A DNA stretch of 58,992 nucleotides, the filler included. It is 5 parts of 5 records of this genome, joined end to end, with 100 filler letters (N's around TTAATTAATTAA, not from the genome) between each part and the next. Parts side by side here need not be neighbours in the genome. Positions count along the whole stretch, not along the records: positions 1 to 15,824 come from SRR2962707_5012; 4 more parts are not named here. One strand, given 5' to 3'. Under the pieces are notes generated by a model. It was not told where the DNA came from, did no database searches, and saw nothing but the letters and a program-made list of their open reading frames with translations. Numbering within the stretch: position 1 is the first letter of the stretch; each line of letters starts with the position of its first letter. This document shows positions 1 to 11,200 of this stretch, piece by piece. The position numbers and the translations under genes are program-made.

Positions 1-27
1 GGTGGTGGTGGTGGTGGTGGTGGTGGT
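1..27. repeat. (GGT)9 microsatellite at contig start
   Basis: Direct reading of the sequence. Confidence 0.95.
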
Positions 28-476
28 TGCCGATTCGTTCTGTGCAGCTGCCTGCCTATGCCCCTGTCCCGTCCCTCTCAAGCTGGCGAGCCAATTGGTT
101 CACAGTTGACGAATGGCGCGGCGCACTCAGTGGTTCTATGGACTGACCGGTGACAAGAGAGTTGACTGATGCGGGCTGAGGGCTGGGTATTGTGAATGTG
201 GAGAGGTGGGTGCTGGTCCCTTGCTTGATGAAGGCTCTCCACTGCAGGAGGAGCTGGTGCAGGCCATGCAACTGGGCAACAAGACGAGTCAATCGTGGGA
301 AAACGCTTGTCCTGTCAAGGTGTTCGACACGCAGGAAACTGAAGAGGCAAAAAAACGAACAGAAGAAAACAGTCGGCACACCATCTTGTGCTGTTGTTGG
401 TGCGAAAACAGTCGCACTCAAACAACTCAGGCCATTCGGCCGAGCCTGTCAATTGAATTCGAACGTTGACGGCAAC

Positions 477-2549
477 ATGGCGACCAATACGCTGTGGCAG
501 CTTGCCGCCATTGCCAAACAGCAGCTTGCATCCAAACATGCACCAACACGGCAACTGAGTTCACGACCTGCTGCTGTAGGTCATCCCACTACAGTTAGTT
601 ATTTGCCCCATCCGGGAACTCACCAGCCGCACCTGCAGCAGCAGCAGCAACAACAGCAGCGAACTCCTGCCACTGGGTCGTCCCCATTCTTTCTTTCGGC
701 TGTCGCAAATATTGCGTCTTTGAGTACTCGTGCAGCCTCGCCTCCCGCCCTCCACCAGGCCTTTTATGGTTCGACACTACCAACCCAACGCATTGCGCAG
801 AGTCACCCAGTGCAGCAAAAATCTAATTTGCCCCAGTCCAGCTTCGCCCCGTACTCTCCGACGCAGCTTCAAACACCCGCTCCGGAGCTGAGCAGCAGAA
901 GTCAAGATGCGGCGCTACGGCCAACGCCGCCGAAATCCCGAAAGCGTAAATCAATCGCGAGGAGCTCCGGCAAGTCACGCTCTCGGCCTCGCACTCCCAC
1001 GGGTACGAGCAGCCGTGCAGACGATGCCGAAGCTGCTGAGCGCAAGCGCCGACGTGCCAGTCAACATTCCAACAAGACTAGTCCTGAGAACAACAAAGGT
1101 AAGTGGACCGAAGAAGAAGATGCTTACCTCCGCAAGTTGGTTACGCAGTTTGGTGATGTCCATCACTGGACGCGAATCAGCGAATTGATGCCTCAGCGGA
1201 ATACAAAGCAGTGCCGCGAACGATGGTGCAAACACCTCGACTACAGTTTGAAACACGGGGGCTGGACGACAGAGGAGGATGCGGCAATTCTCAACCTGCG
1301 GGCTGCTGGCAAAGGCTGGGCTGAAATCTCCCGTCTATTAGAAGGCCGCACGGACAACACCGTCAAGATTCGATGGAACTCGCTCGTGCGCATGCAACGA
1401 CGCTTGGCCAAGCGCGCGGCCAAAGAAGAGCAACTCCGTCTGAAGAAACAGTCCAGAGGCCGTGGGTCGCGAGGCGCCGCTACGTCTGCAGCAAGCCAAC
1501 GATTCGCTGCCAAACAGAAGCAGCTTGCAGAATTGAAATTGAAGCAAGCTCAACTCCGTGATTCTCAACTTGCTGCTGCCGAGGCGGCAGCCGCCAAGGC
1601 AAAGGCCAATTCCAAAAGTGCCGGCCGAATTCAAGCAGCTCGGAGTCGTGAAAAACAATCTCCGCCTGCACCACTGGTCACCACTACTTCAGCTTCGACG
1701 CCAGGACCTTGGTCTGCTCCAGTGCCAGCGGAAGCCAGGATCCACAAAGGTCTACGGCCTCTAGATTTCTCGCCGCTGGACGGGTTGCAAAACACGGCCC
1801 ACAACGTGTCACCGTCGAAATCTGAGCAAGACTGCAACTCAGCTGTTGTCACTCCGTCACCAGACGCTGTCACTGACGTTGGCAAACTCAACTCCTCGCC
1901 AACAGGAGAAAATATCAAACCATCGCTGAGGGATGTGTTGGAACAGCAGTTCGGTCCTGAGGCGGCCAAAGTTGCCGCGGAGGCGGTCGAGGCTGTTTTG
2001 TCGAGCAAGAGTGTCTCGCCTTCACCGCGGCCCTTACCACGGTCGTCGAAGAAATCTTCACTGGCACTACGCCGTGCCTCTCCCACAATAGGTTACAACA
2101 ACAAGGGTAAGTGGCTGCCCGAGGAGGATGCGAAATTGATGCAACTTGTCACCGAAGTTGGGCAGGAGTGGGCATTCATCGCCGCGTCCATCGATGGTAG
2201 GAATGTAAAGCAATGCCGCGAACGATGGTGCAAGCACCTAGATCCATCGCTTCGGCATGGTCAATGGTCCGCAGAAGAGGATGAGATCATTCTCACCGCA
2301 CGCCAGGACCAGAAAGGGTGGGCCGAGATTGCCCGCATGCTGAATGGTCGGACCGACAACAAAGTCAAGATTCGCTGGAACTCACTTGTTCGTGCTAGAG
2401 ACCGAAGTGCTCGGATTGCCGCTGCAAAGCTTCGAGTTCGTTGGGCTAATAAGCAAGCTGGGTCACAAAAGAAAACTTCGCCGATTTCTGCTGCCCAACA
2501 TCGCCTGACCTCGCCGAAATCAGTGCTTTCTGGAGCAACAACCCATTGA
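477..2549 (+). CDS. MYB transcription factor with two R2R3 repeat pairs (4 MYB repeats), apparently intronless
   Basis: Two copies of KGKW..EED...W..I......RN.KQCRERW.KHLD......W..EED.......GWAEI.R.L.GRTDN.VKIRWNS (1089-1391 and 2097-2393). Poly-Q and basic NLS-like stretches are present. First in-frame ATG is 477 inside ORF 192..2549. Confidence 0.85.
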   Translation: MATNTLWQLAAIAKQQLASKHAPTRQLSSRPAAVGHPTTVSYLPHPGTHQPHLQQQQQQQQRTPATGSSPFFLSAVANIASLSTRAASPPALHQAFYGSTLPTQRIAQSHPVQQKSNLPQSSFAPYSPTQLQTPAPELSSRSQDAALRPTPPKSRKRKSIARSSGKSRSRPRTPTGTSSRADDAEAAERKRRRASQHSNKTSPENNKGKWTEEEDAYLRKLVTQFGDVHHWTRISELMPQRNTKQCRERWCKHLDYSLKHGGWTTEEDAAILNLRAAGKGWAEISRLLEGRTDNTVKIRWNSLVRMQRRLAKRAAKEEQLRLKKQSRGRGSRGAATSAASQRFAAKQKQLAELKLKQAQLRDSQLAAAEAAAAKAKANSKSAGRIQAARSREKQSPPAPLVTTTSASTPGPWSAPVPAEARIHKGLRPLDFSPLDGLQNTAHNVSPSKSEQDCNSAVVTPSPDAVTDVGKLNSSPTGENIKPSLRDVLEQQFGPEAAKVAAEAVEAVLSSKSVSPSPRPLPRSSKKSSLALRRASPTIGYNNKGKWLPEEDAKLMQLVTEVGQEWAFIAASIDGRNVKQCRERWCKHLDPSLRHGQWSAEEDEIILTARQDQKGWAEIARMLNGRTDNKVKIRWNSLVRARDRSARIAAAKLRVRWANKQAGSQKKTSPISAAQHRLTSPKSVLSGATTH

Positions 2550-2720
2550 TTCGTGCCTCTGCCAGTCGTGTGATACAGCCACACTGATGCGCAAGGCTCG
2601 CCGACCAAATCAGAGCAACATGCAACAAACATATACTACTTTATCATCGTGTATGATGTAAATTACAACACTGTTCGATTATAATTCTTTCCCAGCCCTT
2701 GTGAAGACCTGCAGTTAGAG

Positions 2721-4120
2721 TCAATTACTGCCGGGCAAAGCCGGAATGATGCATGGAGTTCGCTCCATGTACTGGATGTACTTTGGGTCACTTCCCCATT
2801 TCTTGTTTCCATGATGCTCCAAGAGCGGAACACCAGATACCTGGACAGCAGATCGAACACACATACAACATTGTTACATATTTCCAAACACCAAAATGAA
2901 AAGGACATCACTGAACTGGCGATTCCTCAACCCAGCAGTCGCCCAACGTACTTTCGTTAACAGGACAACGGTGAAAATTGGAGAGAGCCACGCAAGGTAT
3001 CTGTGCAAGCGCAGGAGTCGATCACTGTATGGGTCGGGCTGTTGGCTACACATAGCATGCACGTGTGGAAACAGGTGTTCACAACTCACTGCAGCGGTGA
3101 AGACAAGCTGACTGTTGCCGCAAGGGTAACTCCAACCCACATCACAATCTCTCCAAAGTAATTGGGGTGGCGAGATAAAGCCCATAGACCTGTTGAGCAC
3201 AAGTTTATCGTTGCGATTCAGAGCCGCACAGGAGGAAGTTGCGTATGGAGAAGGTGAGTAACTCCACAACTCACCGGTTGTGATAAATTTGTCTTTGTTA
3301 GTAGAATTTCCCCGAAAAGCAGTTTTCTGCGCGTCAGCAATGACCTCGAAAAAGAAACCGAAAACAAAGGCCCCAAAGCCAACTACGTCCAGCAAGCCGA
3401 AAGAGTCACCTGGGAATAAAAAGGAATCTCCGTCAGCCATACACAATATTCTTCTGTCGTTCTTTCGATGTGCAAAGGAGAAAGCATCGGGGTGCTACAA
3501 ACCACCAGCATCTACATCTTGATCACCGACAACGAGGACTGGAAGCTGGATGAGAAATACCCACAAAGCTTGCACTGTCCATGCTGTTGCGAAGCGAAGG
3601 AAGTTTTTCTTCAAGGAGTCAAAGCGTCCATCCTTCCCATCTTTCATAATACGAGTGAATAAGAAACTACCAAGGCGTGTCATCCAGACGATGGAGCACA
3701 CACCAAGCAGGATTTGCCGCCGGCTGCGATTGGGCTTGACGAGCAGCGAAACGATGACGAGCACGAAGTGCGTCAGCGATCCCGACGCGTCGTAATACTT
3801 TTCGGACGAATACGGGAGTCCGTGTCCAAGAAACACGGCCCACTGGATGCCGAGAGAAATCATAGCATAGCCTTGGAGATCTGTGCCAAGTGGCGACAAA
3901 AAATGCATTGCGCATCGGTGTTAGATAGACTCATACGAAAGCGAGGGTGAAAGTATCAGAGTGCTGGCTTCCTTGTGTACGAACCTAGGAGGTGGGAAAC
4001 TGTGTACAAGACGCCAAGCCCGCCAACGTTCCCAATAATTCCACGGAGCCAAGGATTCATTCCCTTCTTCTGCGCAGTGGATGATGACGTGACCGGCGCT
4101 GCTGCATTGCTGGAGGGCAT
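2721..4120 (-). CDS. DUF1295 / steroid 5-alpha-reductase-like membrane protein, 6 exons (4120-3985, 3880-3503, 3409-3275, 3189-3090, 3000-2952, 2840-2721), 305 aa
   Basis: Manual splicing at GT-AG sites gives a continuous 918-nt frame. It contains [45 protein letters not shown] and SGVPLLE motifs typical of DUF1295. Confidence 0.85.
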
Positions 4121-4205
4121 TGTTCTGTTCTAAAGTTGCTTGTCTGAATCGGAAATAGACTTCCCCTTGTCCAAAAACACGAACCGAAAACACAGAGAGC
4201 ACCCA

Positions 4206-4965
4206 AAAAAAAAAAAAAGATACCGCGTTTTCGCGATTCTCGCACGAGCAAGTCCAGACTCCACTTTCATCCACAGGCAAGCGGGTGAGCGAAAACGAGC
4301 CGAGCCACCGACTGCCCCGACCACACACACGCACGCACACACCACACACACACACAACTCCCACCCACACACTCGCACACACCCACACACTCCCACCCAC
4401 ACACTCGCACGCGAAAATAATAAAGAGCCACGCACACACACACACACTCACTCCCCCCAGCCTGTGAGTGGGCTCGTGTGTGCACGTCACCCCTCCACAA
4501 ACAAGCAAGATCCATGATGACATCATCACCCATCGGGTGGACTCATGACGTCATGCACTGTAATATGACGTGTGTATGGCTGGTTTGTGGGTTGTTGTAT
4601 TCACCGGTAATTTTAAATACCGGTCTGTCCGATCCAACGCCATGCGTGTGCGCGGGCAAGCTGCCACACAGACTCGCTCACTCCTCACTCTCACTCACTC
4701 ACTCACTCGCACCAACACAAAATAATTACACAAAGCACACGAGGGGCACACGCAAACCACACACGCAAACCACACGCGAAGCACACTCACCTTTGCGCAT
4801 ACATCGTGCTCGGGTTCGCTTTGTGGTGGGGCCTTGAGCTGTCGTTGCTTGGCGGGTGAGCCTCGCTCCTTCGTTTTGGTTTTTGTGTGTTGCTTTTTGG
4901 TTTTTTTTTTTTGGGGGTGTGCGTGTGCGTGCGCGTGTGCGTGTTTGTGTGTGTGTGCGTGTGCG
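4206..4965. repeat. Poly-A/poly-T and (CA)n/(GT)n low-complexity tracts in the divergent intergenic region
   Basis: Direct reading: A-run near 4206, CA-rich 4321-4450 and 4670-4790, T-run and GT-rich 4890-4965. Confidence 0.85.
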
Positions 4966-5282
4966 CGGCGGGCGGGGGTCGGGTGCTCTGGTTGCACTTT
5001 TGCCGCACTCTAACTGCGGCCAGCCCTAAGCAAGCCCCATAGACAGCCGTTGTCCGTAACATTCACTCACTTTATTGTCCTTCTCTGTGGCTGCTGCTGC
5101 AGCAGCGAGAGAACTAGAAAGAGGAGGAGAGTCGTTCAACAGAGTGCAGTAAGGGGCGGTCTGTCGATTTCGAAACGGGACTTGGTACTCCAGAGTAGCA
5201 TGCTTAGATAGTGCGTGCAAGATCTTGCCTCTCGTCCTTGTGGCGTGGAGGTAAATTGCCACACACAGTACATACATACATC

Positions 5283-8200
5283 ATGGGCGACCAATCAACT
5301 ATCGGTGCCTCGCTGTGGGTGGAGCAGTTGGAACGCAAGGCCAAAGGCTTTCTGAACCGATCTGTGAAAGGCTGGTTCTACATTGTTGGAGGTGAACTTC
5401 GGCGCACAAAGCCAGGCACCGATCAAGTTGATATTGCAAACGACAAAGTTGTGTGCAAGCTTTTTTTGTCAACTTTCAAAGAGGATGGCTCGAATGGCTT
5501 TCGCTTGGTCACCAACACGGGCAAAGACTATCGATTTCGGGCAACAACAGCTGCACTATACAAGGAGTGGAAGCAACGCATAATTTCAGCGATCGAGCAA
5601 GGTCTGGCCGACTTGCTGCCGGCCAGTGATTCCTCCAATGACGCCCAATTCACACACCGTTTGTCCAAAATTCGTGCTGCCAACAAAACTTGTGCGGATT
5701 GCGGCAAACCTGACCCAGAATGGGCCTCAATTAATCTCGGAATCATGTTTTGCGTTGAGTGTTCTGGCACGCACCGTAATTTGGGAACTGATATTTCGGA
5801 AGTCAGGTCTCTGCGTTTAGACAAAGATTGCTGGACTGATTCTTGCGTTGCATATATGCTGAGTATTGGGAACGAGCGAAGCAATGCTGAGTTTGAAGCC
5901 AGACTCGACCCCGATGACAAGCCAGGTCCTACTTCACCCTTGGAGGAGAAACGAGATTTCGTCTTGTCAAAGTAGGTTCTTCGATCGCTAACCTGCGCCT
6001 TAATTTGGATGCAATGGTGCTGCGCGTGATCTTTTCATAATTTTCTAGCTTTTGCGAGGGAGCCACTTATTTTGCAATGAAGCCTTCCGCCTTCTCCTGT
6101 GCTGTTTTCATACCTGATCCGAAAACTTACGCTGCAAATCCTGTGCTGTTTTCGAACTAGGTATCGAGACCTTAAATTTGCCTCTGTTCCAGCTGTCATG
6201 CGAATGCAAGTCCAACTTGGCAACATCACCCAAGTGGAAGCGGCCCAGGCCCTTCGCGAAATGGGACTTCCACCCGCATTTGGAAAGAGACCCACTGCCC
6301 CGGAAGCACCAAACTCCAATACCCAGATGAACCCCAGTGTTGTTGATACGGCTCCTGCACCACAAGAGAAACCTCGGCGACGCATCGGGACGAACATTGG
6401 CAGTAGCGCAGAAAAGGCAACTAAGGCCCCTCCCAAACCAATTCCACGGCCTCGGCCAGGTAGACCGCCATCGAAGAAACCTCCTCCTCTACCGTCAAAG
6501 CGCCCTCCCATTCACAGTCGCCAAAACCGCTCGCCTACCCAGAATAGCGATCTTGATAAGAGCGACATTGACCAGGACAGCAGTAGCCATAGTTATGAAA
6601 ATGAGAATGACGAAAAAATGGGGGCTTCACTTGAGATCGCAGATTCTGATGATGGCAGCAGCGATAGCGAGCTCGTCGAGTATAACGAGGAAGACGAACT
6701 CATTGCCGACCTCGTTGCGACGTCGAAGCGATATGTTGTTGAACAGCGACGACGGCGATCCTCAGTTCGCGCTGGTTTTGGAAGTTCTGGCCGGTCACCT
6801 GCTGCTTCAAGTGCCCTCGTTGACAGCGATTCGGTAGCTCTTTTGCCGCACATGGCTCTCCCCGGGTCCCCTTCTCCTGCGGTAGTTAATCGGCTCAGGA
6901 GAAACGCAAGTCTTTCTCCCAACACAGCTCGTCTTGCAGCTGCAGCGGCTGCTGCAGCTGCTGCCGTTGATCAAGTTGGTGTTGATAGGCATGGACAAGG
7001 TGGGGAAAGTATCAATGCTTCAATCGTGCACGGGGATCAAACCAATCTTGGGAAACTACCAACTACGCAGGACCAGCAAGTCCCTTTTAATTTGGCGACA
7101 CAGCTTCGCCGGTACTACAATGAACAATTGAAGCACTACCTTCGTGCCATTGGCAAAGAGCCCAATAGCTTGGAGGCAAAATCAGCCTCTCCAGGTTTTG
7201 CAGTTGCTTGCACCCGGGTGGTTCAACCACCAAGTGCCGACTCTTACTTGAACAATTGGACCTCGCGCGCCACCGCAAATGCTGTCGTGGGCAGCCATTT
7301 GTCCCTCTCGAGTGAAATCTTGTTCGAGACCACCTGCGCTCACTATCTTCAGATGGTGAACTACGAGTACGTTCTTGAATAAAAAATCCGGCCCTTGCTA
7401 TTTCCCGGTGGTGGGTGCAATGTTGGATCTGAGTTGGGAACTCTCATGTTGTATTTTATGGTGTGGCTGTTGTTGTGACTGTGTACACGTTTCTGGCTGC
7501 AACAGATACCACGCGACAGATGTAGATCCTGAGTCGGGTGACACCGCACTTCACGTGGCATGCCGAATGGGGGACGACGTGGCTGCAAAGCTCCTTGTCA
7601 GTGCAGCTCCTACTCTGTGCGCCAGTGTAAATCACGATGGCGATACCCCTCTTCAGATTGCCCACACGCGACAGCGGCAGCTGCGTTTGTTTGGAGTAAA
7701 GACGAGTCGAAAAGCAGTCGCAGGCACTGACGAGCAGTCCCAAGCCGAGCATCAGCTTCGGATGTTGTCGGCTCGTTGTGCTCGTCTAGTGCAAGACCTT
7801 TCTCACACTCTTCGTCGACTTACGAGTGGGCGCAATGTGTACCGCCGGGAAGCTACGTCGGTCGAAGTCGTGGCTTGGATTCTTCAGTTCCTCTCGGCCA
7901 CTGAACAGCGTCGCGCAGCTGGAGTGTGCCATGGATGGACATGGGCATCACTTGAGGCGACGCGGCTGTCGCGGTTGGAGATGGAAGAGAATGCGTTAGC
8001 TCGACACAGCGAACTTCGAAAGACCCTTCCTCGCTTGAATTCTGACAAAGTTTACACACCACTAGGCTTGGAGCAGCTGCGTGTAGCTCGCAGCCTCAAC
8101 TTTGACAGCGACGACAGTGAGCACGGCGCAGATGACACCTTGGACCCAGACAGTGATTGGTGTGAATCATTGGACGCTGCATGCCACCGTCAATTGTTTT

Positions 8201-11200
8201 CTCTGCAACCTCGGGCCGGTCAGCTTTCAAGAATTGTGTCGAAAGCAATTTTCAAGGTACGTGGAATGACGCCTGCCGTGTTTATAGTCCTTCGGACCGT
8301 GCCTGAAAAGTTGCTCATAGTGTAAGGGGCATCATATCGTCCTTTTGTATTGGATTGCAGATGAATGCTGACGTTAATTTCAGAGCAGCCCACGGCTTCA
8401 GTCCCTTGCATGTTGCTGCTTTGCGCGCCGAAAGTGAGCCCTCCAATTCAGATGACGGAAGTAGCCCAGACGATCTGCTCAACCGTCTCTACTCTGTAGC
8501 TCGTCGCACGGCCGAGCAAGTGGACGATGAATCGTTTTCTGTATCTGATAGACGTGGAGAAGACGATAGTGTCGTTCGCGTGTTGACTGGAACTGGTGCA
8601 GATGTGGCTCAAGTCAACAACAATGGTGTCTGGCCCGGGATGCTGGCAACTGGGGTTCGTGCTTCATTTGTTCAATGGTCTTGCGGTCATTTGTGAATGC
8701 CATGTTCAACACAGTGCTGCTACCACGAGTGCTCGCTGCTAAGGCTGGAGATTCACTGCATGCACTAATCACTTTAGGCGACTCGGGCTCATTTGTTCCG
8801 CCAGCTTCATCTCCAAGTACTATTCTCTGTACGTCGGAATCCTGAAACCTCACCTCACATAGCTTTTTCCACTGCTGCTGGCTACTCCTTGCGCTCAACG
8901 ACCTCAACAAGGTTGCACGGGCTCCCTCATGCAGTCGGGGACGAAAACGAGCTAGAGCAGGGCAATTCATTTTCGCTGTGGCAAGACGAAGTTCACCCAG
9001 ATGATGATCCTTGGCAGATTGATCTTCGTGACCTTGATCGCTGGATGCTTTTTGCAGCAGCCCCGAATCCTTCTGGTGACGTTGAGTTGGAGGCGCACTT
9101 GCGGACACTGTGTGGTGTGCTGATACTGAGCATTGCTGGAGCACGGTGTATCAACCATCGCAACGCTATCAGCGCTATGCGTCGTGTTCTGGAGGTGCGC
9201 AGTTTTTTCTTAATTGGTTGCACCTGTGGTGCAGTTTTTTTGGGAAATTTATTTCTAAAGTATGCGTGTAGATCGAAGCTATCCGTCGTCGTTGGGATCT
9301 GAACGCGGATTTGACCACCCTTCTAGAGCGTGTGGCCGCAGCCGGTGTGCAACCCTCGGCCTTAAGTATTGGACCCACGGTTGTTTCTGCAGCAGCTGCG
9401 GGTATGTCTAATTCCAACAGCGACGCAACTGACGCCGATACGCCATCTTTTTGTGCAGAACAAGAGTTCGGGGCAGTTTCTTCCACGCGCGAGCCTATTC
9501 GTCGGCGCCAATCCGTCATGATCCGCAGCGTTCAATCATGGCCAGTGTCAGTTGCACTGCTTCAAACACTTGGTGGTCGCACGGCGTTGCAATGCGCCGC
9601 TGCTGCGGGGTCTTCTGCTATGGTGTGTTTTCTACTTGCGCACGGTGCTGATGCGACAAAAGAGCACCGCGCAGTTCCGCCCCACTTTGTACCGGACGCT
9701 GCAGCCAAACTCAATTCAGAGATTTTTTTTGCTCTTGACGTCCCTCGCGAAGAAACTATTGCGCCGTGCACCCTTGCGTGGGCAAGGAACACGCGTTTCT
9801 TTTCGATTCGACCGATCGCTTGTGTGTTGGATAATCCGCAACTCATCAATGTCTTAAGTCCCGCCTGCCCGAAAATTCCTCGATTCCCTCCACTTGCCCT
9901 TGATGATTCTGTTCCGCTTAGTATCAACGAGTTCGATAAGCAGCGGACAATCAACTTCTTCTGCATTGCGGAAAAACGTTTCACTGCCGATGGAGACATG
10001 ACCGGACATCGTATTCTGTGGCGGTATGAACTCGGCACAATTGCTTGGTCAGGCGGGCTATCGTGTGACTGTTGTTCAAAGAAATCACCTCTAAGTCCTT
10101 CATATTGTCAATTTCTTGTTGCTCAGGTATCCTTCGCACGGAGCTGCCGGCGCAGGCTTCGATGAAAATGCCGCGGTGCTTGCGTGTGCCCCTCCTGCGT
10201 TAGTGCGATGCAGTTTTGGTCAGTTTAAGGATGGTGAAAGTGCTCAAATCGGCAGTCGCAGCCAACGTTTGATTTGTCCAACCAAGTATTCCTGTGTCAT
10301 GCACCAAGAAGCTGGACTTCCAGCGGTATACGTGACGTCACTTTCAACGACGATAGGCATCGATACTCTTGGCCATTCTGCCGTACCGCTTAAGCGCGAC
10401 AGTGACGCAACTCACAGTGTATCTGGCGAAACGTGTGTTGTGGCGCTTTGTCTCATTTCAAACTATTGTCGTTTTTCCTTCTACGAAGATGTTCTCCAAG
10501 AACTCTATCAAATTGCTGTGGACGACTTTGAAACTGCGCAGTCGCCTTCGGTTCAACGGGACAGGATAACTTTTGTAGACATGCTCGATGATTCTCAAGT
10601 TTTGCGCTGTGCTGCGTCGGTTGTCGACTCCCTTGAAGAATTCGAGTTTGGGGCATTGCAAAGACTTCACATCAGTCGTCACAATGTGAATGCGGACGAT
10701 CGAAATGCCAGAACCTCGGGTCTAATTCAAATTCCAATTCATTCGCTTGGAATTCCTATTTTTGCGTCCAATGACAACGACACGCCTTTTAATGATGATC
10801 CCAGTTCAAGCGACCTCACGCGCGTGCACCTGAATCTTCAATGGCACACATTGCTGACCTCTCCAGCTCTGCCAGAAGTCGATGCGCAATGTTTCTACGC
10901 GCTCTTCTCCTGCTTATCGGTTTCATCGGTGTTGAAGATAATAGGGCTGTTGCTGACTGATGCAAAAGTCCTTTTGGTATCCAGATCCATTAGTTTGCTC
11001 ACACCAGTCGCAGAGGCACTATCAGCGCTATTATATCCGTGCGTTCATAAGCGTTATGCTTGAAGCCGAGCGCCGTGCCTGCGATGAAGCTTTTGCCAGA
11101 CTTGACTATGCCTCTGCATTTACCCAGGTATGTGTGGCCGAACAATTACATCCCTTTTCTTCCGAGGTCGATGTTCGTGTTCACGGCTTCTCCTGCACCG

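Noticed and set aside
1-27. Telomeric repeat
   Set aside because: (GGT)n is a simple trinucleotide microsatellite at an assembly break, not a recognised telomere unit
192-476. N-terminal 95 codons of the MYB ORF
   Set aside because: They start from a non-ATG codon in a eukaryotic contig and are probably 5' UTR; an upstream exon cannot be excluded
3921-5062. ORFs rich in Cys-Val or His-Thr
   Set aside because: They are translations of (GT)n/(CA)n microsatellites
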